From the NCBI GenBank assembly GCA_964016885.1, contig OZ024756.1, positions 40,238,001-40,302,000 on the forward strand: DNA of 64,000 nucleotides, written 5' to 3'. Positions 42,660 to 51,899 of this stretch are shown here, piece after piece. The translations under genes and the position numbers were made by a program. Under the pieces are notes generated by a model that saw only the letters and a program-made list of their open reading frames with translations, was not told where the DNA came from and did no database searches. Within the stretch, counting starts at the first letter, position 1. Each line of letters starts with the position of its first letter. Source of the DNA: Eledone cirrhosa. Its lineage: Eukaryota.

Positions 42660-43113
42660 AATACATATACACACAGCTATTTCCAGCTGGAGGTGGACAG
42701 ATCAGTTTCAAATTAGAAATAGCTATTACGATATAATTCATTCTCTCTGGCATTTTTTCTCCCTTAATACTTTTAAAATTATCAATCTAATCTTTTTTTT
42801 TCTTTTTTAACGTATGAGGAATACTACTGTGTTGAGTGTGTTAAAAGAGAGAGGTGGTATGAGAGAGACAAAGAAAGCTAGAGAGAGAGAAAGAGAAATG
42901 TCTGTCTCTCTCTCTCTCTTCAGTGGGACTTAGACAAATTTTCAGCCATTTTAACTTAGCCAAATTTACAGCCTTTGTTTGTCTCTCACCAACAGGACAT
43001 AACAGCCTATTTAACCGGCTCCGATCGGCGATCGAAACACATTTTAGTGATTATTAGAGTAGTTTACTAACCGATTTGGCACCTATGGCCTGATCGAAGC
43101 TGAAGCCGTCCAT
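11831..43113 (-). CDS. TOP1: DNA topoisomerase IB, full gene span. 19 coding exons: 43072-43113, 40625-40658, 26620-27296, 26006-26097, 25364-25448, 24953-25056, 24174-24289, 23590-23711, 22850-22972, 21046-21233, 19095-19158, 18321-18545, 16188-16442, 15436-15550, 14712-14839, 14351-14445, 13803-13881, 13142-13212, 11831-11933
   Basis: Exons joined at GT-AG sites give an uninterrupted 2718-nt frame (905 aa + TAA). It contains the type IB motifs [58 protein letters not shown] and catalytic [10 protein letters not shown]. Confidence 0.96.
12123..12750. mobile_element. piggyBac-type MITE with an internal 59-bp tandem expansion (TOP1 intron 18)
   Basis: TTAACCCTTTA...AAAGGGTTAA ends; about 6-7 tandem copies of catttacattactctatatt...cacatatctcacaa. 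Confidence 0.85.
13142..13212 (-). CDS. TOP1: TOP1 exon 18 with the catalytic tyrosine ([24 protein letters not shown])
   Basis: SKLNYL active-site motif. Confidence 0.98.
13803..13881 (-). CDS. TOP1: TOP1 exon 17 ([26 protein letters not shown])
   Basis: Conserved KLEVQATD motif; gtaag donor. Confidence 0.96.
14351..14445 (-). CDS. TOP1: TOP1 exon 16, linker domain
   Basis: K-rich, helical-looking frame; AG/GT bounded; 95 nt, phases compatible. Confidence 0.9.
14712..14839 (-). CDS. TOP1: TOP1 exon 15 ([18 protein letters not shown])
   Basis: Catalytic His motif CNHQR. Confidence 0.98.
15436..15550 (-). CDS. TOP1: TOP1 exon 14 (TATLNKHL...[10 protein letters not shown])
   Basis: Catalytic Arg motif KVFRT. 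Confidence 0.98.
16188..16442 (-). CDS. TOP1: TOP1 exon 13 (LALRAGNEK...FLGKDSIRY...LFDRLN)
   Basis: Carries the catalytic Arg and Lys motifs; 255 nt, phase 0 on both sides. Confidence 0.98.
16968..18330. repeat. 40-bp minisatellite built from the TOP1 exon 12/intron 12 junction
   Basis: Unit actaaccttatcaatggactataatacaactaaacacacc; the last copy overlaps the exon end. Confidence 0.97.
18321..18545 (-). CDS. TOP1: TOP1 exon 12 ([13 protein letters not shown]...AVALYFIDK)
   Basis: Conserved [10 protein letters not shown] and [12 protein letters not shown] motifs; gttagt donor. Confidence 0.98.
18661..18812 (-). mobile_element. tRNA-derived SINE copy
   Basis: Matches the multi-copy family ggcacaaggccagcaatt...aaggatgaaaggcaaagtt. 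Confidence 0.75.
19095..19158 (-). CDS. TOP1: TOP1 exon 11 ([21 protein letters not shown])
   Basis: Conserved PPxGHxWK motif; gtgagt donor. Confidence 0.96.
19204..20945. repeat. 31-bp minisatellite (tatggtattaaactagctacattatatataa) interrupted by a MITE
   Basis: Period directly visible; lies in TOP1 intron 10. Confidence 0.95.
19974..20199. mobile_element. piggyBac-type MITE with TTAA target-site duplication
   Basis: ggtaTTAA|CCCTTTAGCATT...AATGCTAAAGGG|TTAAactaac. Confidence 0.9.
21046..21233 (-). CDS. TOP1: TOP1 exon 10 ([32 protein letters not shown]...IINCS)
   Basis: Conserved [10 protein letters not shown] motif; AG/GT bounded. Confidence 0.98.
21347..21525 (+). mobile_element. tRNA-derived SINE copy
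   Basis: B-box-like GAGTTCAAATCCC followed by the family body and 3' end. Confidence 0.75.
21907..22839. mobile_element. piggyBac-type MITE interrupted by an RTE-clade LINE 3' fragment (about 22104-22825, minus strand)
   Basis: MITE TIRs at both ends; peptide [20 protein letters not shown]...[12 protein letters not shown] with a (GAT)n tail. Confidence 0.8.
22850..22972 (-). CDS. TOP1: TOP1 exon 9 ([18 protein letters not shown]...KEEKL)
   Basis: Conserved CDF and KEEK motifs; 123 nt, phase 0 on both sides. Confidence 0.96.
23590..23711 (-). CDS. TOP1: TOP1 exon 8 ([24 protein letters not shown]...NWRK)
   Basis: Conserved AEEVAxFYAKML motif; AG/GT bounded. Confidence 0.97.
24174..24289 (-). 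CDS. TOP1: TOP1 exon 7 ([26 protein letters not shown]...)
   Basis: Start of the conserved core domain; AG/GT bounded. Confidence 0.97.
24953..25056 (-). CDS. TOP1: TOP1 exon 6 (KKKIKRE...QTVWKW)
   Basis: Ends in the conserved WKW; gtaaga donor. Confidence 0.92.
25364..25448 (-). CDS. TOP1: TOP1 exon 5 ([28 protein letters not shown])
   Basis: ctttcag acceptor and gtaaat donor, 85 nt, phases compatible. Confidence 0.85.
25524..25723. mobile_element. piggyBac-type MITE copy
   Basis: Same internal sequence as the other copies; ends AATGCTAAAGGGTTAA. Confidence 0.75.
26006..26097 (-). CDS. TOP1: TOP1 exon 4 ([30 protein letters not shown])
   Basis: AG/GT bounded, 92 nt, phases compatible with both neighbours. 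Confidence 0.85.
26620..27296 (-). CDS. TOP1: TOP1 exon 3, S/H/K/D-rich N-terminal domain
   Basis: 677-nt open frame with DKHKDKH-like repeats. Acceptor tgttgtag, donor gtaagt after DDDIPL. Confidence 0.88.
27740..28177 (+). mobile_element. Mariner transposase 3' relic with right-end TIR
   Basis: Degenerate [13 protein letters not shown] (HxDNAPxH), YSPHLAPS (YSPDLAP) and WKKCV motifs; end sequence aactttttggtcaaccctcgt. Confidence 0.8.
28873..28917 (-). ncRNA. Minimal hammerhead-like motif, sense to TOP1 intron 2
   Basis: TTC-CTGATGA-TTTCAATCGAAT-GAAA-CCG...CTG-TA-GAA; one mismatch in stem III. Confidence 0.5.
30184..30310. mobile_element. Short palindromic PLE-terminus element between (TA)n tracts
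   Basis: About 55-bp inverted arms containing GAAACGGC...GCCGTC; related to 32325-32480 and 38825-39762. Confidence 0.7.
30560..30828 (-). mobile_element. CRE-like non-LTR retrotransposon fragment (restriction-like endonuclease C-terminus)
   Basis: [23 protein letters not shown], then after a frameshift [12 protein letters not shown]. Confidence 0.65.
31855..32300. mobile_element. Palindromic element (about 170-bp arms) with two opposed CAGAAGA-core hammerhead-like motifs (31961-32011 minus, 32228-32278 plus)
   Basis: Near-perfect inverted repeat, so the ORF track shows mirror ORFs; flanked by (TA)n. Confidence 0.8.
32325..32480. mobile_element. PLE-terminus-derived short element
   Basis: Shares cgcaccggagtactc and gaaacggcttgagctctgccgtcggggtc with 38825-39762 and 30184-30310. 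Confidence 0.65.
32497..32707. mobile_element. Second, shorter palindromic copy of the CAGAAGA family
   Basis: Palindrome centred on GGGATCCC (32642-32649); the CAGAAGA core is lost at the inversion point. Confidence 0.8.
33270..33439. mobile_element. Tigger/pogo-like MITE
   Basis: TA|CAGTAAAATTCCGTTATAAC...GTTATAACGGAATTTTACCTG|TA. Confidence 0.8.
34165..34322 (+). mobile_element. tRNA-derived SINE copy
   Basis: Family 3' end ttgctggccttgtgcctaaatcagaaacc. Confidence 0.6.
35168..35645. repeat. Minisatellite with alternating 42/35-bp units (77-bp period)
   Basis: Each unit contains the palindrome CTTGTACAAG. Confidence 0.92.
35711..35789. mobile_element. Tc1/mariner-type mini-MITE
   Basis: Imperfect TIR gtgtccctaaaaatgtat...gtacattttgggggacac with TA flanks. 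Confidence 0.55.
38509..38566 (-). ncRNA. Type I hammerhead ribozyme, sense to the TOP1 pre-mRNA
   Basis: Exact reverse complement of the motif at 38633-38690. Confidence 0.8.
38633..38690 (+). ncRNA. Type I hammerhead ribozyme
   Basis: CATT-CTGATGA-TTGAAAGCAAA/TTTGCTTTTAA-GAAA-CC-ACT-GG-TA-AATG: full consensus core, three paired stems, GUA cleavage triplet. Confidence 0.8.
38825..39762 (-). mobile_element. Truncated Penelope-like element: RT C-terminal fragment between inverted pseudo-LTRs
   Basis: Peptide FLDVTLNL...[19 protein letters not shown]; about 38875-38950 is the reverse complement of about 39673-39762. Confidence 0.85.
40625..40658 (-). CDS. TOP1: TOP1 putative exon 2 ([12 protein letters not shown])
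   Basis: Pyrimidine-rich ctttcctag acceptor and gtaagt donor. 34 nt, phase 0 to phase 1, which bridges exon 1 and exon 3 exactly. Confidence 0.65.
41087..42672. repeat. Compound (CA)/(TA) microsatellites in TOP1 intron 1
   Basis: Directly visible. Confidence 0.95.
43072..43113 (-). CDS. TOP1: TOP1 putative exon 1 ([14 protein letters not shown])
   Basis: ATG, 14 codons, then a gttagt donor in phase 0. Lies about 120 bp from an NRF1-type motif in CpG-containing sequence. No homology support. Confidence 0.6.
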
Positions 43114-43233
43114 CGTTCACAGAAAAATTGTTCTTCTCTCTCCGACGTCTTGTTGTTTTGTAATGAACAACTGTTCAGATTTAATGGCGGAGCTAGGACA
43201 ATGTAATGAGACTAAGTCCTAGTTTTACAGCAC

Positions 43234-43244
43234 TGCGCATGCGC
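43234..43244. promoter_or_regulatory. NRF1/ewg-type palindromic site (TGCGCATGCGC) in the probable TOP1 promoter
   Basis: Near-consensus motif about 120 bp upstream of the putative ATG, in a locally CpG-rich stretch. Confidence 0.55.
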
Positions 43245-43715
43245 CCCGTACCCCGGATCCTCTTTCTCTACCCCTCCCCTTCCCTCCTCTCTGATTAGCA
43301 ATGTGAATACATTGTGTGTATGAGTGTATTTATGCGTGTGTGTGATTGTGACTTTAAGAGATTGTGTGTGCATAAATGTGTGAGTTCATGCCTGCGTGAA
43401 AATATATATACATGTGTTTTTGTATATATTGTATATATATATATATATGTGTGTGCATGTTTTTTTGTATATACATATATATACAAACCCTATCTGAAAT
43501 ATATATATATGTGCGAGTGTGTATATATTTATGTGTGTGTGTGTATAAGTATCCCTGTGTGATAGCGTAACTATACTACATAACGCACCGCCGGCGTCAC
43601 CATCACCCCCCCCCCCCCCCCCCCAACATCGCCACCTTCACCTCCACCTCCACCTCCAATATATTTAGTCTTTCTGACTTGTTTCTTCATCGTTTCACAC
43701 GTGTTTATGTATGTG

Positions 43716-43764
<49 letters not shown>

Positions 43765-44118
43765 GTGTATACTCCATATCGAGATTAATTATTATATAAT
43801 ATAAATAGCTACATAAACGTATACATACACCCCCCACCCCCACCGACGCTAAACGATGATGATATATATATATATATATCAAAAAAAAATATATATATAT
43901 AAAAATATATATTTAAAAAATGATATATATATATATATTATATCATCATCATCACCATCGTTTAGCGTCGGGAGACGAGTCTGACCAGAATTGGCATCAC
44001 CGTACCTTACTACGACGGGACTGTAAATTTAGGCCTGGGATTTTACAGGTGGATGCCCTTCCTAACACCAACCATTTATATATATATATATATAATCAAT
44101 ATTTAATATAGAAATGGC

Positions 44119-44163
44119 TTCTACAGGATTAGAACTGTTTCATTCGTATCAAATCATCAGGAA
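44119..44163 (-). ncRNA. Minimal hammerhead-like motif (same family as 28873-28917)
   Basis: TTC-CTGATGA-TTTGATACGAAT-GAAA-CAG...CTG-TA-GAA; stem II is weak. Confidence 0.5.
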
Positions 44164-44289
44164 TATTAAATATTAATGTTTACACTCTACTAATGTATTG
44201 AGTACCTTATTTACTGTGGTTACCAAAGATTTAATTCGAAATCTATATAAGTGTGTGTGTGTGTGTGTAGATCCCAAGTAAAATCGGGG

Positions 44290-44900
44290 GTAACCACTGT
44301 TTAAAAAGTCTTCTTGAACGCCCCAGTGGTGCATCTGGTGCCACTGGGTGTAAAAGCTCAACTCGATATCTTTAATTTGGTGTTTGTGCCAATCTTTATC
44401 TATGGTCATAAATCTTGGGTAATGAATATACGATTGCGAAAACAAGTGGCTTAAATGGGGTTCACCAGAAGGGTCTTTGGGGTAACGTTACTCAATAGAG
44501 TGCATAGCTTGGAGATCAGAGAATTGCTCCAGATGGGTCTGCTACTTCTCCGAATTGAGTGATCACAGTTCCAATATTACAGAGATGTGGAGATGTGGTT
44601 GGAATGTCTCAGTAAAGAATCACTGGACAGATTTTACGGGCAAAACCAACTAGCAGGAGACCCAGGGGTAGGCCCTGAGCAAGAACCAACCAGCAGGAGA
44701 CCCAGGGGTAGACTCCGAGCAAGAACCAACCAGCAGGAAACCCAGGGGTAGACCCTGAGCAAGATGGTTGGATAACACGAGGTCGGTTGGTCTTGCTTAA
44801 AGATCCAGCCGGATCAATTGGAGATAGTTGCTTCTGACAGGACCCACTGGAAAGAGTTCTTGAGGACTCTGCCCTCACAACTCTCCCAGGAATAAGTAGG
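44290..44900 (+). mobile_element. Decayed RTE-like LINE 3' fragment with an internal 3x 40-bp repeat
   Basis: Similar to 33890-34040; degenerate RP.GRP..RWLD-type coding sequence. Confidence 0.55.
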
Positions 44901-46905
44901 TAAAGAATATATATATACATGTACATACATATGCATGTGTATCCTCATCATCATCACCATTTAACATCTACTTTTCCATGCTCTAACATGGTTGACATTA
45001 GGAAGGACATCCAGCTCTAGAAACCAAGCCAAAATACAGTTTGTATGAGCAAGATATGGTCATCTGACCCAAATTGTCTCATAACATGACTTGTCTAACC
45101 CATGTAAATGTAGAAAAATAGCCATTAAATGGTGATGATGGTGATATAACTTTGATAGGTTTTGGTCAGTATTAGCACAGACCATGTCTAACTTAATAAC
45201 ATCACCTGGCAAAGTCTTTCAGATCATGCATGAACTAATTTTGGAAATATGATGAGAGGGTGAAATACCAAAGGCCAGCAGGAGGAATGTCAAAATTATA
45301 AAAGATTAGTTCTTCTCCGTGCTGCAGGGAAAATTCTTGCATCATTCGTGCTTCCAAGACTAAATAATAATACATCAAACCGGATCTTACCTGAATCACG
45401 TGTCTTTCGGCCCAAAAGAAGTACAATTGATATGATCTTTATAGCACCTCAAATTCAAGAAAAGAATAATGAACAACTATAAAAGTATAATGAACAACCT
45501 TTATCAGGTATTTGTGGCTAGTTTCCCAGCAAACAATGGTTCTTATATAAAGTTATGTTGGAAAGTTCTTAGATAGAGGGATGGTCATTTTGTTAATGTT
45601 TGCCAATAAAACCACACACGTTATTCCATTTTCACTTCACCTTCATTATTAATAATTCGATAAAATAAAGTACCAGTAATGAACTGGTGATTGCTGGCCT
45701 TGTGCCTAAAGTAGAAACAATTATTAATAATTAGTTAGATCATCAAAGCTCTTTTGCCACACATTCTGTGACTTCTTCAATGACTATGTGTACTTCTTCT
45801 CTTCTCCCTGGTCTTATTCTGTTTACACCATCTTATTTTTATGAAATGACGATTGACAGTTTTTAGATAAATAGAACTACTTTAAATCAAACAATTCTGT
45901 ATACATAGAATCTGGGACGGTTTCAGACAGTTTGGTATAATAAGAGTTAAGATGATAGAGTGGGATTCGAGGAAGATTTGCCTGTTATATCTAGTTAATA
46001 GAGTGACCACATACAGGCTGTGGTGGTGGTGGTGGTGGTGGTAATTCTGTTCCTTGAAATTGTCTCAACCAATTCAGTTGACTGTCAGTGCATGTGTACT
46101 CTGCTAGGGATGTCAAAGTTATCCCCTGTCAACCTTCTCAGTCAACTGTGTACATTGGCAGATGACAGATGGTAATATGGCTACTTCTGGGGGAGATGGA
46201 GAGAAAATGTAAAAGAAGAACGGAAAAGGAGATGTAAAGAAGAAGAAACAGAGTGATGTAGGAGAGAGAGGGGGTGTAGAAAGAAAAAGAGAAAGAAACA
46301 GAGTGATGTAAAGAAAAAAAGAAAGTCAGAGAGGGAAAGAAAGAAAAGGAGAGAGAGAGAGACGAAGAGAAAGTCAGAAAGGGAGATGAAGATAAAAGGA
46401 GAGAGAGAGGCGAAGAGAAATTCAAAGAGAGAGACCCGATGCAAAGAGGAAGTGGTCGGTCAAGCCCCGATAGTTAACAAACTTCCTCTCCTCCGCATTG
46501 TAGGCTGCGGAGACAGAGTCGCCGTATGTCGCGTCCCAAATTAATGATTTACCACCTTCGAAAGGGAAGAGGGTTACTCCGCATGTTGATTCTTTACATT
46601 TGGAGTTGGGGTGAAAAATCGAGTATATGGACCCCTGTATTTAACAGGTACGTTTGTATCTTATTTTAGTGAGCCCGAATGGATGAAAAGCTAAGTTGAC
46701 ATCGGCGGAATTTGAACTCACTATATTGAGATCTGCAGCCGGCCGCTGTCTCGCCACCTATCGTATAATTGTAGAAATAAACCATATCAAGGGAAACAAC
46801 TGAGTTGAAACTAAAGTCGTAAAGTTATTTCATGTTGATTGGAGGGAGACTTTGATTATACCTGAAAATGGTAAGTTTGGAAAGAATTAATTTTAGGGTG
46901 TAATA

Positions 46906-47352
46906 ATTGTTTCTACTTTTGGCACAAGGCCAGCAAAGGATGTAATAATATATGTAAATAATAGTATTATTGGGTCTCTTCCGTATTACAGCGTTTATAT
47001 TTACATTCTGTAAGCAGTATTAAGTATTATATATATTATTTGAATCTATATTTTCACTCTGTAAACATATTATTATAGTAATTACCCAGTGTATTACTGA
47101 TAAAATAAAGTACCAGTAATACACTGGATATTTGCTGGTCTTGTGCCAAAAGTAGAAACAATTATAGTAATAATTGTTTCTACTTTTTGGCACAAGGCCA
47201 GCAATTATACCAGTGTATTACTGGTACTTTATTTTATCGACTCCGTAAGGATGAAAGGCAAAGTTAACCTCGGCGGGATTTGAACTCAGACCATAAAGGG
47301 CCGTAACTCTGCGTCAAAGCATGGTGTCCGACCCTCTATCGATACTGCAATC
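46906..47352. mobile_element. Cluster of SINE copies, including a tail-to-tail inverted pair centred near 47166
   Basis: tgtgccaaaagtagaaacaatta...taattgtttctactttttggcaca. Confidence 0.75.
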
Positions 47353-47539
47353 CATAGTAATAATATTTTTTGGTGATAATAAATTTTAGTCTCAAAGAAT
47401 TTAGTGGAGTAAATTATTATAGTAGAATAATTATATAGAAGTGAAACGGCATAAGAAACACTGCAGAAATATATTTCCTTGTTCTGACATTGCTGTAGAG
47501 GTTTAATTAACTGTATCAATAGAGAAGAAAGTAAGAAAA

Positions 47540-47795
47540 CAGCACAGTTCCCATGACTTTCGGAAACATTTTTTCACGCTCAGAGTTGCTGAAGCATGGA
47601 ACAAACTACCTGCATCAGTTGTTAGCTGTCGAGACACTGCATCCTTTAAGGCCTCCATGCTTCCCGAGATCCGCCAACACTACAGCTAACACATACACAC
47701 ATGTACTTCCCTGACATTTGTGTATTATTCTATGTACTATATTGACGAGTTGTAGTGCACCTGAGCACTTTACACAATAATTTCATTATTATTAT
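47540..47795 (+). mobile_element. CR1-like LINE 3' end
   Basis: Peptide HDFRKHFFTLRVAEAWNKLP; 3' UTR with an (ATT)n tail is shared with about 21770-21875. Confidence 0.75.
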
Positions 47796-48130
47796 TTCGG
47801 TAAAACAAGAGAAGAGAGAAACGGAAAATTATTTTAATATGTTAAAATATAACTTTAATATAGAGGCGTTCCTGTCGTGATCATTCAGTTACTATATCGT
47901 TATTTAATACGCACACACACATATGTGTGTGTGCTGAACAATGAAAATAAAACAAAAGTCGAAGATAGGTTCTTAATTAGTTGTTTTATGATCGTTTCAG
48001 AGAGTTGATTGATCATGATAGATCGATATATTGACTGACAGGTAGTGGTTATGTCACTAGCTATTTCTAGCCTTGAAATCCTTGAGCCTTCTGACTGTAT
48101 TCCTCAGAAACAATCATATATATATATATG

Positions 48131-48288
48131 ATAATAATAAATGTGAAGACTAAAATCCAAAGAGGGCTCGATAAGGATAAATATATATCAAATATATAAG
48201 AACCCTAGAGCAAATATTTATTAAAATAACAGATTAAAGTTTAAGCAAAGAATCGCTGCTTTCACCCTTAACGGGATCTTCTGAAACT
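48131..48288 (-). mobile_element. CAGAAGA-family element with a hammerhead-like motif at 48238-48288
   Basis: Nearly identical to 31855-32011 and 32497-32647; (TA)n on both sides. Confidence 0.75.
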
Positions 48289-48289
48289 T

Positions 48290-48420
<131 letters not shown>

Positions 48421-49792
48421 GACACACTGAAGAACATACTGTATCTATTCTAAACTAAATACAATATACATACTGTATGTTTTGAATTGAGATTCTCTTG
48501 GACCAGTAGATAACTCACTTGCTGGTTTTTCATGTGTTTGTGTAGCAAAAGGTGCATGGGCTAGGTTGTGAGTTGATTTCTTGAGCAAAACACTTCATTT
48601 CGTGTTGATCCCTCTAGTTTACTCAGCTAAAAACGAGTAGCCGGTTGTTAACCCTGTGATGAGACTTACAGTGGCGATGAAGGAGTGCCATGCTCAGTGA
48701 AGAGATGCTGTTCGGAAAAGGACTCATCCGATCCATACAAGTGTGGAAAAATGGATGTAAAGACTATGATGATGTACATATAGTGTGTGTGTATATATAT
48801 ATATATACGGTAAAGACCCTCTTCGGTCACAAATAACCATGGGATTTGCACATAGAAAGTTCCTCTCCAAGGCATAAATCCAGGCAAGATTGTGGAAGAC
48901 AAGCACATACCAGCCTCCCCTCTCCATGCCACCGATGTTGCCAAGAGAAAGGTAATGGCTGGTATAGCTTGGCACCAGTGATGCTACAACTGATTTCAAC
49001 AGCTGAATGAAATAAAGTGTCTTGCTCACAATTATAGTGTCTTGAACACAACGCAAAACCTGGTCCGAGAATTGAACTCACAACCTCACAATTGTAAGCC
49101 TGACTCTCTATATATATTATACAATCTGAAATTCTGCAACGGTGTAATCTTAATAATGATTTCTACTATAGGCACAAGGCAATTTGTGGGGAGGGGAAAG
49201 TCAATTAAATCAACCCCAGTGCATTACTGGTACTTTATTTTATCGATCTTGAAAGAATGAAAGCTAACCTCATAATCTTAATAATAACAAATTAATAGGT
49301 TAAAAGCCAGTTTTTCTGTTAAATGTCTCTCTACAGTTTATCAATATAGAAATATAGTAAAATGTCCACTTTTTAAATATCCTCCATATCTTATATTATT
49401 TCTCTGTCATTCCAGATTATCTGATGATCATTTAACGTCAGTTTTATCTGAAAACAAGGGTTGGATGATCTCTCAGCAGAACAAGTAACAAAAACACCTG
49501 AGAAATCTTGATGAAGCCACATAAAGGTGTTTAGGTGTGGACTGTAAATTAATTTCAATTATAATTTACTTTCAATAAAATCATTCTTTCAAAATACTGT
49601 GATATATATTCCTCCATTTAATACATTTCTAGAAGGTGGAATAGATACATAATATATTTGACTTGATGGATAAACACCTGACACACACATTCCCGTGAAT
49701 TAAGGTTATCATCAAAAACAAAATTACTTTTGCTCTAACATAGTGGATATGTAAATGCATTTGTGAGTTTCATATCAAATAATAATAATTGT

Positions 49793-49965
49793 TTCGTTTG
49801 CAAGCAAACAGCCTCATTACGCTGTGTTTTAGATGACCATCATCATCCTTTTGTTCTAGCAGTGACAGAGGGAAAGAGAGAAATAATGTTTCTGTCACAG
49901 CTAGAACAAAAGGATGGCAATGATCATCTAAAACAGTGTAATGAGGCTGTTTTCTTGCAAACGAA
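49793..49965. repeat. Diverged inverted repeat (about 75-bp arms)
   Basis: ttcgtttgcaag...gtgacaga versus tctgtcac...cttgcaaacgaa. Confidence 0.75.
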
Positions 49966-50223
49966 TCAAATATCATTATTTCGCCGAGGTTAACTTTGCC
50001 TTTCATCCTTACGGGGTCGATAAAATAAAGTACCAGTAATACACTGGGTAATTGCTGGCCTTGTGCCAAAAGTAGAAACAATTATTTGATATAAAACTCA
50101 GGAATGCAAAGTTAACATCCTCATACAGTTTATATTTCAAATAGATACACAAAATTATCTCCCTTTATTTTCACTGCATAAGAACAGTACTTATAGGGAA
50201 GGCATTACTTTAGATCGATCAAC

Positions 50224-50500
50224 TTGGAAGAAAACTTTAATGGAAAGCAAGAATTTGGAAAATCTCATGTGGAGAATGAAAAATTAAAGAGAAGTCTACA
50301 TATTACTTTACCTGAATTTTCAGATGCTCAAAATGACTTTATGTGCAATGAGTGTGGCTGTATTTGCTTCAGTAAAGCTGATTGTAGAAGCCATGTACAA
50401 AATGTTACCGACTATGGTCTCTTGGACATTTCTTCTCGTTGGAAGTGTGGAAAACAATGCACCTCAGCTGATGGAACCCAACGTTATTTAAAAACTCACC
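50224..50500 (+). mobile_element. Degenerate C2H2-like tail, probably the C-terminus of an RTE-type LINE ORF
   Basis: FMCNECGCICFSKADCRSH...KCGKQCTS...LKTH; no supporting splice structure. Confidence 0.45.
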
Positions 50501-50559
50501 AAAATACAACAACGAAGATCCATGTTATCAAATGGGTGGGCTAGATGGAGGTCGTTCGG

Positions 50560-51000
50560 TCTAGCTTTCGGCTGGTGGAATCTCAGGTTACAGAGAACCA
50601 TGTCATGATCTGAGAGAAGGGTTTTTTCTGACTGTAATATTGCGTATATTGTTAGTGGGGTTACTAAACATTGGGTCCAAAATGTTCTGATATTTTGTTG
50701 GTGCAAGGATAAGTTGGGACAGGAAAAACTCATTCATAAAGTTGAGAAGTGACTACTGCTGCTTTGTCAGCAGTTGAGGTGGGAGTACCTGGTTTCAAAC
50801 TATTTGTAGACCAATCAACACAGAGTAGATTAAAGTCTCCCATCATAAGTATGTTACCAGAATGGTACTATTGTATAAAACACTTGATGCTGTTCAGGCC
50901 TTCTTTGAAGCATAATATGAGCATTTGGGGTGTCCTATAGAGCTCAACTACTATCTAATCATTGGCTTTATTGTGCAGTGACTGAATCACAGTAGCCATT
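50560..51000 (-). mobile_element. CR1/L2-type AP endonuclease relic
   Basis: LYRTP, MGDFN, NILD and LSDHD motifs in the correct order across frameshifts. Confidence 0.75.
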
Positions 51001-51443
51001 AAGAATATGGGGGGAGTTGGTGCACTGGGGTAATAGCAGAGGTTGGCGTTGTGTGATAGCTAGAAGGTTCATCATGGCTAAAAAAGAGTTTTCTTGTTTA
51101 GGGAGTGGTTGCTGACTAGAGGTGGGTTGCACTGTTGGATAAAGTTATATTTTCCAATCTTGGTTGTTTTTGTACCTTCTTGAAACGTCTGGACCAGCAT
51201 TACCATAGCAGGGGAAGATTTTACTGTGGGTTAGTTGTTGGCTTGGGGTCCCTATTATTATTATTATTATTATTAGATATATAACTCACAAATATATGTA
51301 TATATATTTATATATGTAAATACACAAAAATGGAAGAGACAGCTTACAAGTCTGTTGAGCTCAACATAAATACCTTGATAATACGAGATGTCACAGAGTA
51401 TGGTACATAGGTTCCACGAAGTGTGCCACAGTAATTCAAAGTG

Positions 51444-51849
51444 AACAGGGGACTAGGAAAAACTAGTCAGGATTTGTTGAAATTTGAAAAAAAAACATTT
51501 ATCATGCAATAGTCACTAACACGTGTTTCAACACAGTTGTGCAATCACTTACAAGAACTGGATAATGTAATAATACATAATACAGTATCTCACACTTTCA
51601 AGTATGTACACACTTGAATTACTATAGAAGTATAACCTCATCCACAGAACGTCAGTTTCCTCTGAAACTCCGATGAAATGAGATTTAAACTATGAAGTGT
51701 GTGATACTGTATTATAGATTGCGTAATAATCCGACTTTTGTAGGTGATTGCATAACTGCATTGAAACGTGTAAGAGACCCTATTGTATAATTTGTATTTT
51801 TCTTTGAATTTCAACAAATCCTGCGTAGTTCTTCCTAGTACCCTGTTCA
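51444..51849. mobile_element. Old, diverged palindromic element with a hammerhead-like motif
   Basis: Arms about 51444-51602 and 51693-51849; CCGATGA-AATG...CATT-GAAAC-GT-GTA on the plus strand. Confidence 0.55.
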
Positions 51850-51899
51850 TATATATATATATCATCATCATCGTTTTAATGTTCACAAGCCATAAAGGA

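Noticed and set aside
42920-42952. AAAATGGCTG on the minus strand as the TOP1 start codon
   Set aside because: The frame closes after 9 codons and has no phase-0 donor. The ATG at 43113 fits better; this site may be a YY1-like motif.
50224-50544. C2H2 zinc-finger host gene
   Set aside because: The fingers are incomplete, there are no TGEKP linkers or splice sites, and it sits among LINE relics.
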